This document shows, in pieces, positions 1-12,092 of a stretch of 64,000 nt of DNA; the first letter of the stretch is position 1, and every line of letters begins with the position of its first letter. Made by a program: the position numbers and the translations under genes. This stretch comes from Octopus sinensis (Eukaryota). The stretch is taken from NCBI RefSeq assembly GCF_006345805.1, contig NC_042998.1:78678001-78742000 (forward strand). Reading direction: 5' to 3'. Under the pieces are notes generated by a model. It was not told the origin of the DNA, searched no databases, and worked only from the letters and a program-made list of their open reading frames with translations.

Positions 1-805
1 ACAAACACAACTTGTTTGTTTGGTACACTGGACCTATGGCTATTGATGTTGTTTAGTCCCATATCAACCCTCACTGGACAAATGTGTGATCAAATGTATT
101 CCAGATCTAAGCAATCTGTATTTCTGTGCTCTTTTAAATGAAAGACAATGGATAATGTAATCAAAGATACACTATGTTTAAGAGATGTGATATGAGGGAA
201 ATTTAAGTGCTATTTCCAATGAGGCAAGCAGCCACTTTTATCCCTCTTGGGTCGATAAAACTATTATTTGTTATGTACTGAAGTCAATTCAGATGATGCG
301 ATCTCTGTTGCAAATTTATGGCCCTGTGTTGAAGCTAAAAATCATATTATATGCAATAGTAAAAATCTATGTTTTATACTCAAAATTATTATATTTTCTA
401 TTTTATCTAATATTTTGTCGAATTTATTTTTCTGCCCATATTATATATTTTTAATCTAATTTATTTTTTCAACTCAAACTTGGAGGAAAGAAAAAAGACT
501 ATGTAATATAATTGATTGCTTGAAGCCATCTTCCATCATAATTCTTATCTAATCTTGTTATAAATTTTGTATTTCCTTCGAGATTTTCAAAAGAATAATA
601 TTTATATGTGTGTGTGCATGTATAGGTATATATATATGTGGTTATGTATATGCTTTTCTTTAAGATTTATTCAAGTTCTCAGAATTCAAGCTGGCTGCTA
701 ACAAATTGACGATTGCTTTTCTTTTGTTTGAGATAGTTTCAGGGATTGTGAATATATGAGTAGTTTGTGCATACATATATATAGATGAATATTGGATATA
801 TATAT

Positions 806-1139
806 AATATAATAATAATGACCCCCTTCGGTCAGGCACTGACCATGGGTTTGCACCTAGAGAGATACCCTCTGAGGCACAAGCCTGGGCAAGGTTGTTT
901 TTTATGGAAGACCAGCAGTCGCCCATGCATACCGGCCTCCCCTCTCCACGTAACCGATGTTGTCCAAGGGAAAGGCAAGGGCCGATACAGCTTGGCACCT
1001 GTGACGTCGCAACTCATTTCTACAGCTGAGTGAACTGGAGCAACGTGAAATAAAGTGCCTTGCTCAAGAACACAACACGCAGCCCCGTCCGGGATTCGAG
1101 CTCACAACCTCACGATCGTAAGCTCGACGCTCTAACCAC
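806..1139 (-). mobile_element. tRNA-headed SINE, well preserved copy with (AAT)n tail
   Basis: The minus strand starts gtggttagagcgtc (A-box-like) and gagctcgaatccc (B-box-like), then a CORE-like ttcttgagcaaggcacttta segment. It ends in an (AAT)n tail at 806-818 and retains many CpGs. Confidence 0.85.
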
Positions 1140-1854
1140 ATATATATATGGATACATGCATGCATTATGCCTTCATATGTTGAGTGGGCTTATCTCTTTC
1201 TCTTTGTGCATATACCATATATTGCGTGTATATGTTCATTTCAGTAAACTCAAAGGGAGAATCCATGGAAAGTTTTCCAAATCTTCACTACACCACTAAT
1301 TGATTGGATTTGAAAGATGAAAGTTAGTTCGCTTTGTGTTTTCTTGGAAAATCCCTGCATATCTAGATTTTTATGCAAATCTGTTGTTACATAGTTTACC
1401 ATAGATGTACTTTTTTTCTACACCTTTATGTAAGACATTCCCATTTGTGAGTGATTGACCTCTGTAATGTCATCCTTTTCCTTGTATATTTTTTTTTCCA
1501 GTTTTGGTGATTCTTTAGTCTTGCCAGTTACAAGTTGACATCAGTAGTGCTGGTACCTCATTAGTGCAGATACAATGAAAGTAATCCCTCACGCTACCTT
1601 GTAAAGTGGTTGGTATTAGGAAGTGCATCCAGTCATAGAAACCATGCCAAAACTAAGACATTGGAGCTAGACACAGTTCACCAGCTGTACAACACACATC
1701 AACACACATCAACACATATCAACTGATATAAAATGAGATAATGATGATGTGTATATATATAAATATATATATATAAATTTACTCACACACACACTCACTC
1801 ACTCATGCATACCCAAACCATGCCTGCATGAAACATGATGGTGGTATATAACCT

Positions 1855-2075
1855 AAATTTAATGTCCACTTTTCCATGTTTGCATGGGCCAGACAGAATT
1901 TGTTGAGGTAGATACCCTTCCTATCACCAACCCTCACCGGTTTCTAAGCAAAATATTTCCTCATAGATTGACATTTTTCCATAGGAGACAGGAAATGAAC
2001 AACCACTCTTGTATGACAATGATTCTTATTTACAACCATCATGTAATATCTACACAAGAGCACACACATAGTAAT
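1855..2075 (-). mobile_element. Dispersed non-autonomous repeat sharing the RTE-LINE tail; second copy at about 3205-3440
   Basis: The two copies align by eye (tttaatgtccacttttccatgtttgcatggg...tgtatgacaatgat...tttacaac). The start matches the reverse complement of the LINE tail seen at 45780-45820. Confidence 0.6.
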
Positions 2076-2116
2076 GATGGGCAAGAATGGAAACTGGATG
2101 TTAAATGATGATGATA

Positions 2117-2272
2117 GCATCTTTCAGCTTCTGTCTTCCAAATCCACTCATAAGGTTTTTGTTGGCCCATAACTATGTGGAAGGGATTTGCCCAGGGTGC
2201 TGTGCAATTTGGCTGAACTCAGGACCACATATTTGAGAAGCAAATTTCTTAACCATACAGTCACACATGCAC
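2117..2272 (-). mobile_element. 5' half of SINE family A (old copy)
   Basis: Degenerate match to the head and core of the full copies at 40451-40855 and 54793-55197. Confidence 0.65.
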
Positions 2273-2650
2273 ACACACATATAAGTTCATTGGGGTATAT
2301 AATTCTGGCGCTTACCATATTAATCACATTAGTTATCTGACAATTAGTTATCTCTCCCCCCACAAATTTTAGGCCTTGTGCCTATGGTAGAACGAATTAT
2401 TGTCTTTATCACGGGTTTTGTTGAAGCTCCTGGAGTCTTGCATGCATAGTTGGCTTGCTACCTGCAGCCTACGGTACCATGCTATCCATTCTTTTCAGCT
2501 AATACTTTCCTGATTATTCTCGCCATGCCAAGGAGGCAAACCTTTTGTAACAGTTCTACTAACCCCTCCAGGTAAAGTTACTGGTTCCTGTACCATATTT
2601 AACAGGAATTATTATTGCTGTTTACTACTACTACTACTGCTATCATTATC

Positions 2651-2848
2651 AAGGTAGTGAGCTGGTAGAATCGTTAGCATGCCAGACAAAATGCTTTGTG
2701 GCATTTCGCTTGTCTTTATGTTCTCAGTTCAAATTTCACCAAAGTCAATTTTACCTTTTGTCCTTTTGGGGTTGATAAATTAAGTACCAGTGAAACACTG
2801 GGGCCAGTGTTCCCTCCCACAAAGGATTATTATTATTATTATTATTAA
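2651..2848 (+). mobile_element. SINE family C with (ATT)n tail
   Basis: aaggtagtgagctggtagaatcgttagc...gttctcagttcaaatt...gataaattaagtaccag matches the copy at 55777-55990. Confidence 0.75.
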
Positions 2849-5800
2849 TAGTATTAAAGAGTGGTGAGGGCATGGATTAGCTGAATTGTTAATGTATCAA
2901 ATAAACTGCCCTGTGGTATTCATTCTGACTCTTTTACATTCAAATGCAATTCTTTCAAAATTGCAAGTTGTCTATAATAGAAGAATCATCAACAACAGTG
3001 ATGAATTGCTTGAGAATTGTGTAACACTGATTTTCAAACTGTTTGTCACCAAAATGGAACTTAGCTTCATCCACTTACAGACATTGTCAACAAATTTACT
3101 TACAGAGAACTGAAGTAAATGGCCAAAGCGAAACATTGAAACAACAGTGTTGAAATTCCCTCATTTCCATAGTTAAATATTCATTTCAATGTTCAGTTTT
3201 ACCATCATGATTGTTTTAATGTTTACTTTTTCATGTTTGCATGGGTCAAGTGGAATTTGTTAAGGTAGATTTTTCTATAGTTAGATGTCCACGTTCTTAC
3301 CATCCTCACCTGCTCTCTATGGCTAGACATGTTTTCAAAGAAGGTTAGAAACAAATGACTCTGTATGTATGACAATGATGCTTGTTTACAACTGTTGCAT
3401 GATGTCCAGAAAAGGAGACATAAGTGCACACTCACATGCCCAAGTGAACACGTTCAAATAAATACACAATGTGTATGTATATATATATGACAGAGTTTGT
3501 GCAGTTTCCTTCTGCCAAACTCATTCTCAAGGCCAAGGCTTTAGTTGGACTGAAGCTATAGATGAAGACATTTATTCAACCTGCCATACAGTGAGATTGA
3601 CCTTTAAAACTCACATGGTTGGGGAACAAGCCTGCTTTCTTTAAGTTTGGCTAAAATCACCCTGAAACATCATAATCTAATAAATGTAAATCATTTTGTG
3701 AAAGGAAACAAAGTGTGTCATCAACAGATTTATTCATATACCAGATTTGTATTTATATACCACCAGATTTAGATTCTAGCACATGAAATTAGTCTCAGGG
3801 CATTTTTGCCAGTTTGTAGTTGATTGACATCAATACTACAAACAGTGTGTTTGTTACAGAAGACAAATATTATGAAAATACATCTCATTGTGCCTATAAT
3901 CAAACTAAACCTTTTGACACCACTCTGCCATTCATCCATATGCGATTACAGTTTCCAGTTTGAATGGCTTTCACAAGAACAGTTGATATGCCACAGCACC
4001 AGTCATTAAGTAAAATAGATCTGATCTGATATATTTGCATATGGACAGTTGTCTGCTGCTATGTCAAGAATTACTTTGGATATTGCAGTTGTATTAACCA
4101 TGCTAAAGAATGTCACCAACACTGTACACTGAAGTTTTCCAATGTTAAATCTTTGTCTGAATTAAGTATTCAGATAATATTAAAGATGAGAATAAATATA
4201 GATATAACTAAATCTTGGTTATTTGAAAAATCACTTATCTGAACAAGATCTCAAAGACACAGCATTCTGTTCACTATGGCTTGCTTTGTTAACTACCAGA
4301 TTCAAAGAAGCAGTTATCTTACAAATTAATAGCCGTCTGTCTTGTACGAATAATCAATTTTAGATTTAACTGTTTATACAAATATTTTTGGGACATTTTT
4401 TTCCTGTCTTTTTTTTCACATCATTCATAATTTGTTATCGTCATCATAATTGTTGTGAACAGCAACTACTGCTGAGCAAAATGTGAAAAAGAACCAACAT
4501 ATTTGTCTTTATTAGCTAGCATTGTAGAGTTGTAGAAACTGCAGTTCTAAAATAGTGTTACATTTCTTTATGTATTTAAATCCTGCATCTGTCATACTTT
4601 GCCTTTCATTCCTCCAGAGCTGATCAAAATAAATGTTTACTAGAGTTCATTCAGTCAACTGTAACCTTCATTTATAAATATGTGACTTTGTACCAAACTT
4701 TTGATGTGATTTTGATTATCATTTGACTCTTTATGTTTGTGTCCGAATCATGCTAGAATCAACTTTGCCTTTCAGCACTCAAGGGATGATCAAATATAGT
4801 AACAGTCAAGTACCACGACCAAGTTAATCAACTGACCCCTTCCCCTCAAAATAGTTGGCTTTGTACATAAATTAGAAAGAGGAAAGGCAGAATCATTTTG
4901 AATGTCATTAAATATGTCCTGTGTTATTCTTTCTGGCACTTTCTGAGTTCATTCTGAGTTCAAATTGCACTGATGCTTTACACTCTGAGTTCATCTTCTT
5001 TTGAAATTGGCTTTGCTTCTCCAACTAAATGTATGACTTGGTGCATGTGTAAGAAACAATCATTTCTATTATGATTTAAAAGAAATACTTATTAAAATGA
5101 TGACGGAGAACTCTTTTTTTGGTTAGTAGTTTTCTTCTCTCAGTTTATCTGTAAGATTTATACCACAAACTCAGAGAAGAGATCTGCCAACTGAAAAACA
5201 AAGCAACATGGTTCTCCTCCTCTGCATTAAACCTCTTGTGAAATTAAGTTTCTCACTAGGAGCCAAAGGATATCTTTTGAGATATGGTTTGTATATTTGC
5301 ATACATATGGATGTGATTGATTGTATTTTATATGGGATTATGTGTTTGTGATTTTCTCTTCCACTCATGTTGTATATATGTGTGTGTATGTGTGTGAGTA
5401 TGCATGTATATATATATATGTGTGTGTATGTATGATACATGTGTATGCATCTATGCTTGTATTTGTATACATCTATGCGTTTGTGTTCATTGTATTAAGC
5501 ATTTATGTTTATTTATCAAAGTTTTTTATTTTTTTGTTGTTGTGGTTCCACTCTAATGTCTCTACTTTGAGCTTCACTATTTCTATCATGCTTCCCAAGG
5601 TGATTGGTTGAATATTTCAGTTTCTAATGGCAAAAAAGCTTCATCCATTTGCTTGTCTACTTCTCTTATGTTAGGTATGGTATGTAAGTGAAAATGACTA
5701 TTTATAAATTTTATTTCTATCGGTTTAGCATGCACAGTATTCCAGTACATTGGTTGTAGTTGTCTATATTAAACTGGCACTGGTAAAAAAAAACAAAAAA

Positions 5801-6599
5801 AACTATATGCTTCCAAAGGTGTTCTACCATCAACCAATGAATCCAGAACTACATTGTTTATTTTTAAAAAGGAAGAGTGTGATTTGAGAGTAACTTGCCA
5901 GCTATTGCTATTAGGTTGGGTGACTGCATAGAGGCTCTCTTATTTTTTGCTAACCTGTTGTTATCTGGGGTGGGTAGTCAGCTGTTGGTCAGTGTGTTTT
6001 GCTTGGTAAAGTTTATTGCTATTAGCTATTGCCAAGGTAATTTTGTCATTGCCACATTCTACTACATGGTTATCATTTTATTTGTAGTTAAAAGTAAGTT
6101 TTTAGGAATTGCTTGTTCTCACCTGTGCATTTAGAAGCCTTTTTTTAAAAATCTTTTGCTGAATATCTTAATAGACTACATGATCTCATATTTCTTAACC
6201 AGACAAGGTGATAAAAAGAATTAAACATTATAAAATAACCCCAGCCAACCATAACTGGAACACCTTTGGTTACAGGTCTGCTTAATCAGGGTTGACCTGA
6301 AGCTGTATAACAAACATCCTGCAAACTGCTAACCTGTCAGAAATAAAATCTATACATAGCAGTAATTTTTATCAAGAAATAAAGTGAATTATTTATTTGT
6401 CTCTGTATATTTCAAATACAGATTAGAAGAAAGAAATGGGTTGTTTGTGATGCAAAAGAATGGAGAGATATTGTTTGTATTCTTGAGATTTCACTATTTT
6501 GTTTCTCTCTGTATTTCTTATTTATTTTCTCTTCATCTTTCTTGATTTTTTTTTTGCCCATTTACTTTTTGTGTTCTTCATTTCTTCTACTGTCTTACC

Positions 6600-6880
6600 T
6601 TATGCATTTTGTTTGCTCTCTGTCTTCAGTGTCTTATGTTATCTTCTTATGTCTATGTATGCTTTCTTTGTATGTCATCTTATGTTTTCATATGTATTCT
6701 TTGTATGTCTTCATATGTCTTCCTTGTATGTCTTCTCTATGTCATTTTTGTACGTTCTCTTTGTATGTCATCATCTTATGTCGTCATATATCAGCTTTTT
6801 TATGTCTTCTTTGTATGTTTTCTTCTGATGTCCTATGTCCCCTTCTATTTTCTTCATATGTCTTCTTTGTTCTGTCTCTT
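6600..6880. repeat. Degenerate pyrimidine-rich minisatellite (tatgtcttctttg-like unit)
   Basis: tatgtc/ctttg variants recur throughout and give rise to three spurious overlapping ORFs. Confidence 0.7.
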
Positions 6881-7046
6881 TGGATGACAGTAACAGTAGA
6901 ATATCAAACAAAATACCTTACATTTTGAATTCAGATTATGCCAGGGTTGATTTTTTTTTTCCTCCTGTGTCAATAAAATATCTACTATTTCCAGTGGAAC
7001 CATACCTCTTACTAAATATTTGTTGTCTGTTGCTAGTAGTAGAAAT

Positions 7047-7378
7047 CATCGTCGTCATCATTGTTATCATCATTATATCATGAAAACTCTCAGCTTTATT
7101 TTGCTGGATATGATGGAAAGTGTCAGCTGCCCACAGCCAACAGACTAAGGTGGAATTTGTTTACTGATCATGCTTCAAGAACTCAACAGAGAACTCTTGC
7201 AGTTCCAAGCTGATAATTTTCATTGGTGTTCTACCTTTATATATGCTCCTGTCTTTTTCAGCCACATTGGTAGTTCACTACTGATATTTTCAAGTGCACC
7301 AATCACTATTGGTATCATTTCCACTTTCTTCATTGAAAACAACCTGTGTATTCTCCACTTCAATTCATCATAGTGGTT
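7047..7378 (-). mobile_element. 3' end of an R4/Dong-type (restriction-like endonuclease) non-LTR retrotransposon
   Basis: The minus strand translates YDELKWRIHRLFSMKKVEMIPIVIGALENISSELPMWLKK, the typical RLE-LINE C-terminus (KY.DL..EI.RLW...V.PIVIGALG). It is followed by a short UTR, AATAAA and a GAT/AAT-rich tail. Confidence 0.75.
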
Positions 7379-7389
7379 CACTTTTTTTT

Positions 7390-8825
7390 TTCTAGGCTCA
7401 GGGTCCTGAAGTTAGCCTTAACCACTTCATCCCATGTCTTCCCGGGTCTCCCTCTACTTCAAGTTCTGACTATATTTAGCAACTGGTACTTCTTTATACA
7501 GCTGGCTTCATCCATATGCACCCTGAGTACATATCAGCACAGTCTTCTTTCTTGCACACTACAACTAATTCCACTAATGTCCAGTTTTTCACTCAGCACC
7601 CTTGTACTAATTCTTTCATGCACACTCACACTGCACATCCAGCAGAATACGCTAATTTCATTTCTTCTCAAGTTTTCTGCATTCAAAGCCCATGTCTCAC
7701 TACCATACAGTATTGCATCCTAACACAAGCATCATATACTTTGCCCTACTCTCTAAAGAAAAGAAATCTTTGTTGTTAGCGGTGGTAGTAGTCCCCTGAA
7801 CTTTCTCCTACCAGTTCTCACTCAAGCTATTATATTTTTGGAGCAACCACCTCCCTTGCTAATCACATCTCCTAGGTAACAAAAGATATCAACTAGTGAA
7901 CAGTCTGAGTATTTAAGAGACTCAGTTTCTAGTGTGCTTATATGAACTGCTCCAGTGCCTCTAGGGTATGTTGAGTTTACATTTTTGGATGATATGCTAG
8001 ACAAACATCTCCTGTTTGTCCATAGCTTACATTGAGTAAAATGTATGGTGTTTATACCTACACCATTTCTGCATATCAAGCAAGGCTCTTTCCCTGAAGG
8101 TACCAGGGTCTTATCTTCTTTCCTACTTACTAAAATCTCCATCTTTGTTAGTTTTACCTTAAGGCTTCTCAATTCCAAATATAGATTTCATGTTTGGAAT
8201 TTTTTCACTAATTCCACTATGGATTCATCTATGAAAACTAGACCATCAGCCAATCTTAAACTCCCTCATGATGACTTATAAGGACTGTGATGAATAAGAG
8301 CGGACTGAGGATTGAACATTGAACTCCTACCTTTACACTAAATTCATCACTTAAGCCATTGCCAACACTCATTTCACTTACTGCATCCTTCTACATAGCT
8401 TGGACTACTACATAAGTCATTCATCTACTAGTTCTCCCAGTGCCCACCAGATTATTGAATGAGGTATCCAGTGAAATGCTTTGTGCAAACCAATGATATC
8501 CAGATACAGCAATTAATTCTTCCTAGCCAGGTATTTCTTCTGTTGTTACCTCACTAGGAACATTGCATCTGTTGTGCCACTTCTGGGGACAAAACTAAAC
8601 TTGCATCCCATCCAAGTCTACACTATTCTGGATCAATTGTGCTATGATTTTCTTCATGATGCTCATTTAGAAGTTTGATTCCTCTACAGTTGCTTCTCAC
8701 TGAGGCATCACCTTTGCTACTATTCCAGTCATTGGATATAACGCTCCTGAATGAATTGGTTTAACTATGTGGATGGCAATGCTGTATCCCATTTCACCAG
8801 ATATTTTAAGCAACTATCCAGGTGG
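7390..8825 (-). mobile_element. RTE-clade LINE internal fragment (RT and C-terminal region, degraded)
   Basis: ORF 7822-8178 (PCLICRNGVG...FCYLGDVISKGGGCS) is homologous to the better copy at 44.7-45.2 kb. RT remnants continue to about 8825 with stops and frameshifts. Confidence 0.85.
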
Positions 8826-8871
<46 letters not shown>

Positions 8872-9411
8872 CTTCCACTTCATAACCTTGATTACTTTAT
8901 CTAAACCATATATGATACACACGCACACGCACATATAATGTAGATGTTAAATTGAGGTTGTTATTGTAAAACAAATTTAAGAATAACAACAGAACATGCC
9001 TTAATGGCAGACTCAGAATAGAGAATAGTTAAATTTATTGTACAGTTCATGTTGACTGAGAGTTTAAAATATATATATATATATATTATGAATATATATA
9101 TATGTATTTTTATGTGTGATTGTGTAAAAAGATGAATGTACTCACACACTTATGAAAAATATATCATTTTTTTTTAAACAAAAAAAAATAGACACTTATG
9201 TAGGACATGTATTAACCTATTCAAGATGGAATATTTTGGAAGCCATCACAAAAAGATAGGTCACAGGGAATTTAAGAAATTCAGGGAAATGAAATTCTTC
9301 TATTGGGCGCTCATACCATAATGTAACACGACACTCAAGTCATATGAAATAAACTAGGTCTCAACACATGCAGTCGTATCTTAGAAAACATATTACTTGT
9401 GACTTACAACA

Positions 9412-9636
9412 GCAATAATAATAATTCTTTCTACAATAGGCACATGGCCTAAAATTTGGTGGGAGGGGCTAGTCAATGACATTGGCCCCAGTGTTTGACT
9501 ATTGCTTATTTTATTGACTCCAAAAGGGTGAAAGGCGAAAATTGATCTCAGTGTAATTTGAACTCTGAACATAAAGACAGACAAAATGCCTCTAAGCATT
9601 TTGTCCATTGAGCAAACAATTCTGTCAGCTTGCCAC
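9412..9636 (-). mobile_element. SINE family C
   Basis: Reverse complement of the 55777-55990 element, with an (AAT)n-type tail at the left end. Confidence 0.75.
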
Positions 9637-9719
9637 AATAATAATAACAAGAGAAATGATAATAATGATAAAATAATAATATAAATATATAATATGTGTG
9701 TGTGTGTGTGTAAGATATA

Positions 9720-10054
9720 TCTACTACATATGTGGGAAATTCTGTCTGTGGGTGTGTTTGTGAAGTTTGTTAGCTAACTCCTACATCGTTTTATTAATTT
9801 TGATAAAACTTGATACGTGAGTGGAACTCATGTCTGGAAACCTCATGGCATACTCAGATTGTTGAAAAAAAAATCGATAATAGGGCCCCTGGAAGGGATC
9901 CTTATACATGTCTAATATATTTCATTGTAACAGCCAAAAACCGTTTTATGGGCTACATACTTTGTATTGTTGTTATTGGATAATGAAACAATTATGAGAA
10001 CAGAACCAAGGGATAAGCCCTGCTTACCCAGGAATTACCCGGTACATCAGCTAG
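9720..10054 (+). mobile_element. Non-autonomous Helitron
   Basis: Starts TC at 9720 after host A. Ends CTAG at 10054 before host T (A|T target, no TSD). Has a ctgt/gtgt-rich 5' part and a degenerate subterminal hairpin (acccaggaattacccggt). Confidence 0.7.
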
Positions 10055-10057
10055 TAT

Positions 10058-10061
10058 ACAG

Positions 10062-10094
<33 letters not shown>

Positions 10095-10103
10095 TATATG
10101 TAT

Positions 10104-10182
<79 letters not shown>

Positions 10183-10200
10183 GCATGTGTGTGCATATAT
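10058..10200. repeat. Compound (TA)n/(CA)n microsatellite
   Basis: Directly visible. Confidence 0.95.
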
Positions 10201-10204
10201 ATTT

Positions 10205-10430
10205 CATTATCATCATTATTCAATGTCCTTTCTTCATGATGGCATGACTGCTTGACAGAATTCAGTGGGTCCAAGGGCTGCACCTATTACCACTACTTTT
10301 GCATGGTTTCTGTTGTTGAATGCTCTTCCTAATGCTAACCACTTGACAGCATGTACTGGATGCTTTTATTTTTTATTTTTTGTTTTCTTCATGCCATACT
10401 CACTAGTTTGGTCACCATCTTACAAGATTA
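10205..10430 (-). mobile_element. RTE-LINE 3' UTR fragment
   Basis: An (atc)-type tail followed by tgctcttcctaatgctaaccact, the reverse complement of the LINE tail at 45670-45820. Confidence 0.65.
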
Positions 10431-12092
10431 TCAAATCAAAAAAGAAGCGGCTGTATGCTAGGCAATGTGCGGCTAAGGTATGAGGGAGGGGGCAACTTTT
10501 TTCTGCGAGGACCCTCAAGGTATAAGTTGAATAGTTGTATGATGTAGGTAAGCCTTGGCAACTTCTGGTACGTTGCCACACCTCACAAGGCCTGCCTTTA
10601 GAACTCAGCGACTTTATGTCTGCTCTACTTCCTTTCCTGCAGAAGCGCTGTAAATCCTTTCACCATGGTCTTTCATTTCCTTTCTTTCTTTCTTTCTTTC
10701 TCTCTCGTTTTCTTTCTTCCCTACTGGCTGCCTTGTTAGTTTGTTGATTTTTCAATTTAATTTCGTTTATTATTTTCTTTACTACATTTTGATATTTAAA
10801 AAATTTTATTATTATTTATCATTGTTAGAATTGCAAGCTAGCGGAATCGTAAGCAAGTAGACAAAGTGCTTTATGACATTTTGAGTTCAAATTCTTCTGA
10901 GGTTGACTTTGCCTCTCATTCTTTCAGTACTAGTTGAGCACTAGAGTCAATGTAATTGACTCCCCCATCTTCAAAATTACTAACCTTATGCCAAAATTAA
11001 AGAAGAATTATTATTAATATAGCTACTAATATTGTAGGCTGTGTGAAGAGGTGAGGCCCCAAGAGTTTTCTTTCCTTTCTTTCTTTTCTTTTCTTTTTTC
11101 AAGCCCATCACACTCTTTCATGCATCTCATACCTTCTCTCTTCCTTCTCCTTCATATTCTTATATTAAGCCTATTATTCTAATTTGCATACTGGGGTGTG
11201 TAATGGCTCCCTTCTTTCTTTGTGTTTTATTTTTGCCAGGTTGATTGCTGTTGATTGAGACCTGCAGCATTTGTTTACATAGCCAGTCTTTATGCTCACA
11301 AAACACATGTACATTATATAAAGCTTTAATAATGACTTTGTTTCTGTGTTCCTTTTCTAAATATACATACATATAATTATTAACAAGGAGAGTGGAGTGA
11401 GCAAGTTGTTTTAATGCAAAAAATTAACAATTGTTTCATCAATATTCAAGAGTATTACTATATTATTATCTAATTTATGCAACTATAGACTTAGGCTGTA
11501 TCATTATACTGATACAATCTTGAGTTTGAATGCCAATGAAATAATTGTAATTCTATGTATTAAAGCAACTTGCTCACTTCACTTTTCTTGTTTATAATTA
11601 TATAAATTCCATATATTTATGAATTTCATAAATATATGTTCTTTAAAAAATTGAACTCTGATTTAAAGTCATATTTGATTGTCTGTACCCATTGATGAGC
11701 TTAAATATATATATGTTAAAGAGGACAACAAACGTTAAGGCAAGGCAAACATCTCCTATACATTATTATTATTGGAAAAAATTTAGTCTTACAGTTGTTT
11801 ATGGGATATCCCAGAGTATAGGATATTCCATCATGAGACAAATTGGGAAAAATAGAGAAAATGAGAAGGGTATATATTAATGAAATGATGACATAGAAGA
11901 AGAGAGTAAAGGAATAAGAAGATGAAGAGATCGGAAATCTGCAATGGCTCCATAACTACCGTTTCGGTTATAACCTTGGAGCACTAGTAATCTGTTACAG
12001 CACTTACCTAGTGTACCTAATCATTTAAATCACCTGTGAATTAAACCCCCAAACTTTGTATATATATATATATATAAATATATATATATATT

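Noticed and set aside
1855-2115. Apparent terminal inverted repeats suggesting a DNA transposon
   Set aside because: The ends are two retroelement tails of the same type in opposite orientation, and there is no TSD.
2499-2571. AG...GT-bounded 73-nt segment with one open frame
   Set aside because: The peptide is unrecognisable, and such segments are expected by chance in 64 kb.
6499-6928. Three overlapping hydrophobic ORFs resembling membrane proteins
   Set aside because: They are a product of the T/C-rich minisatellite.
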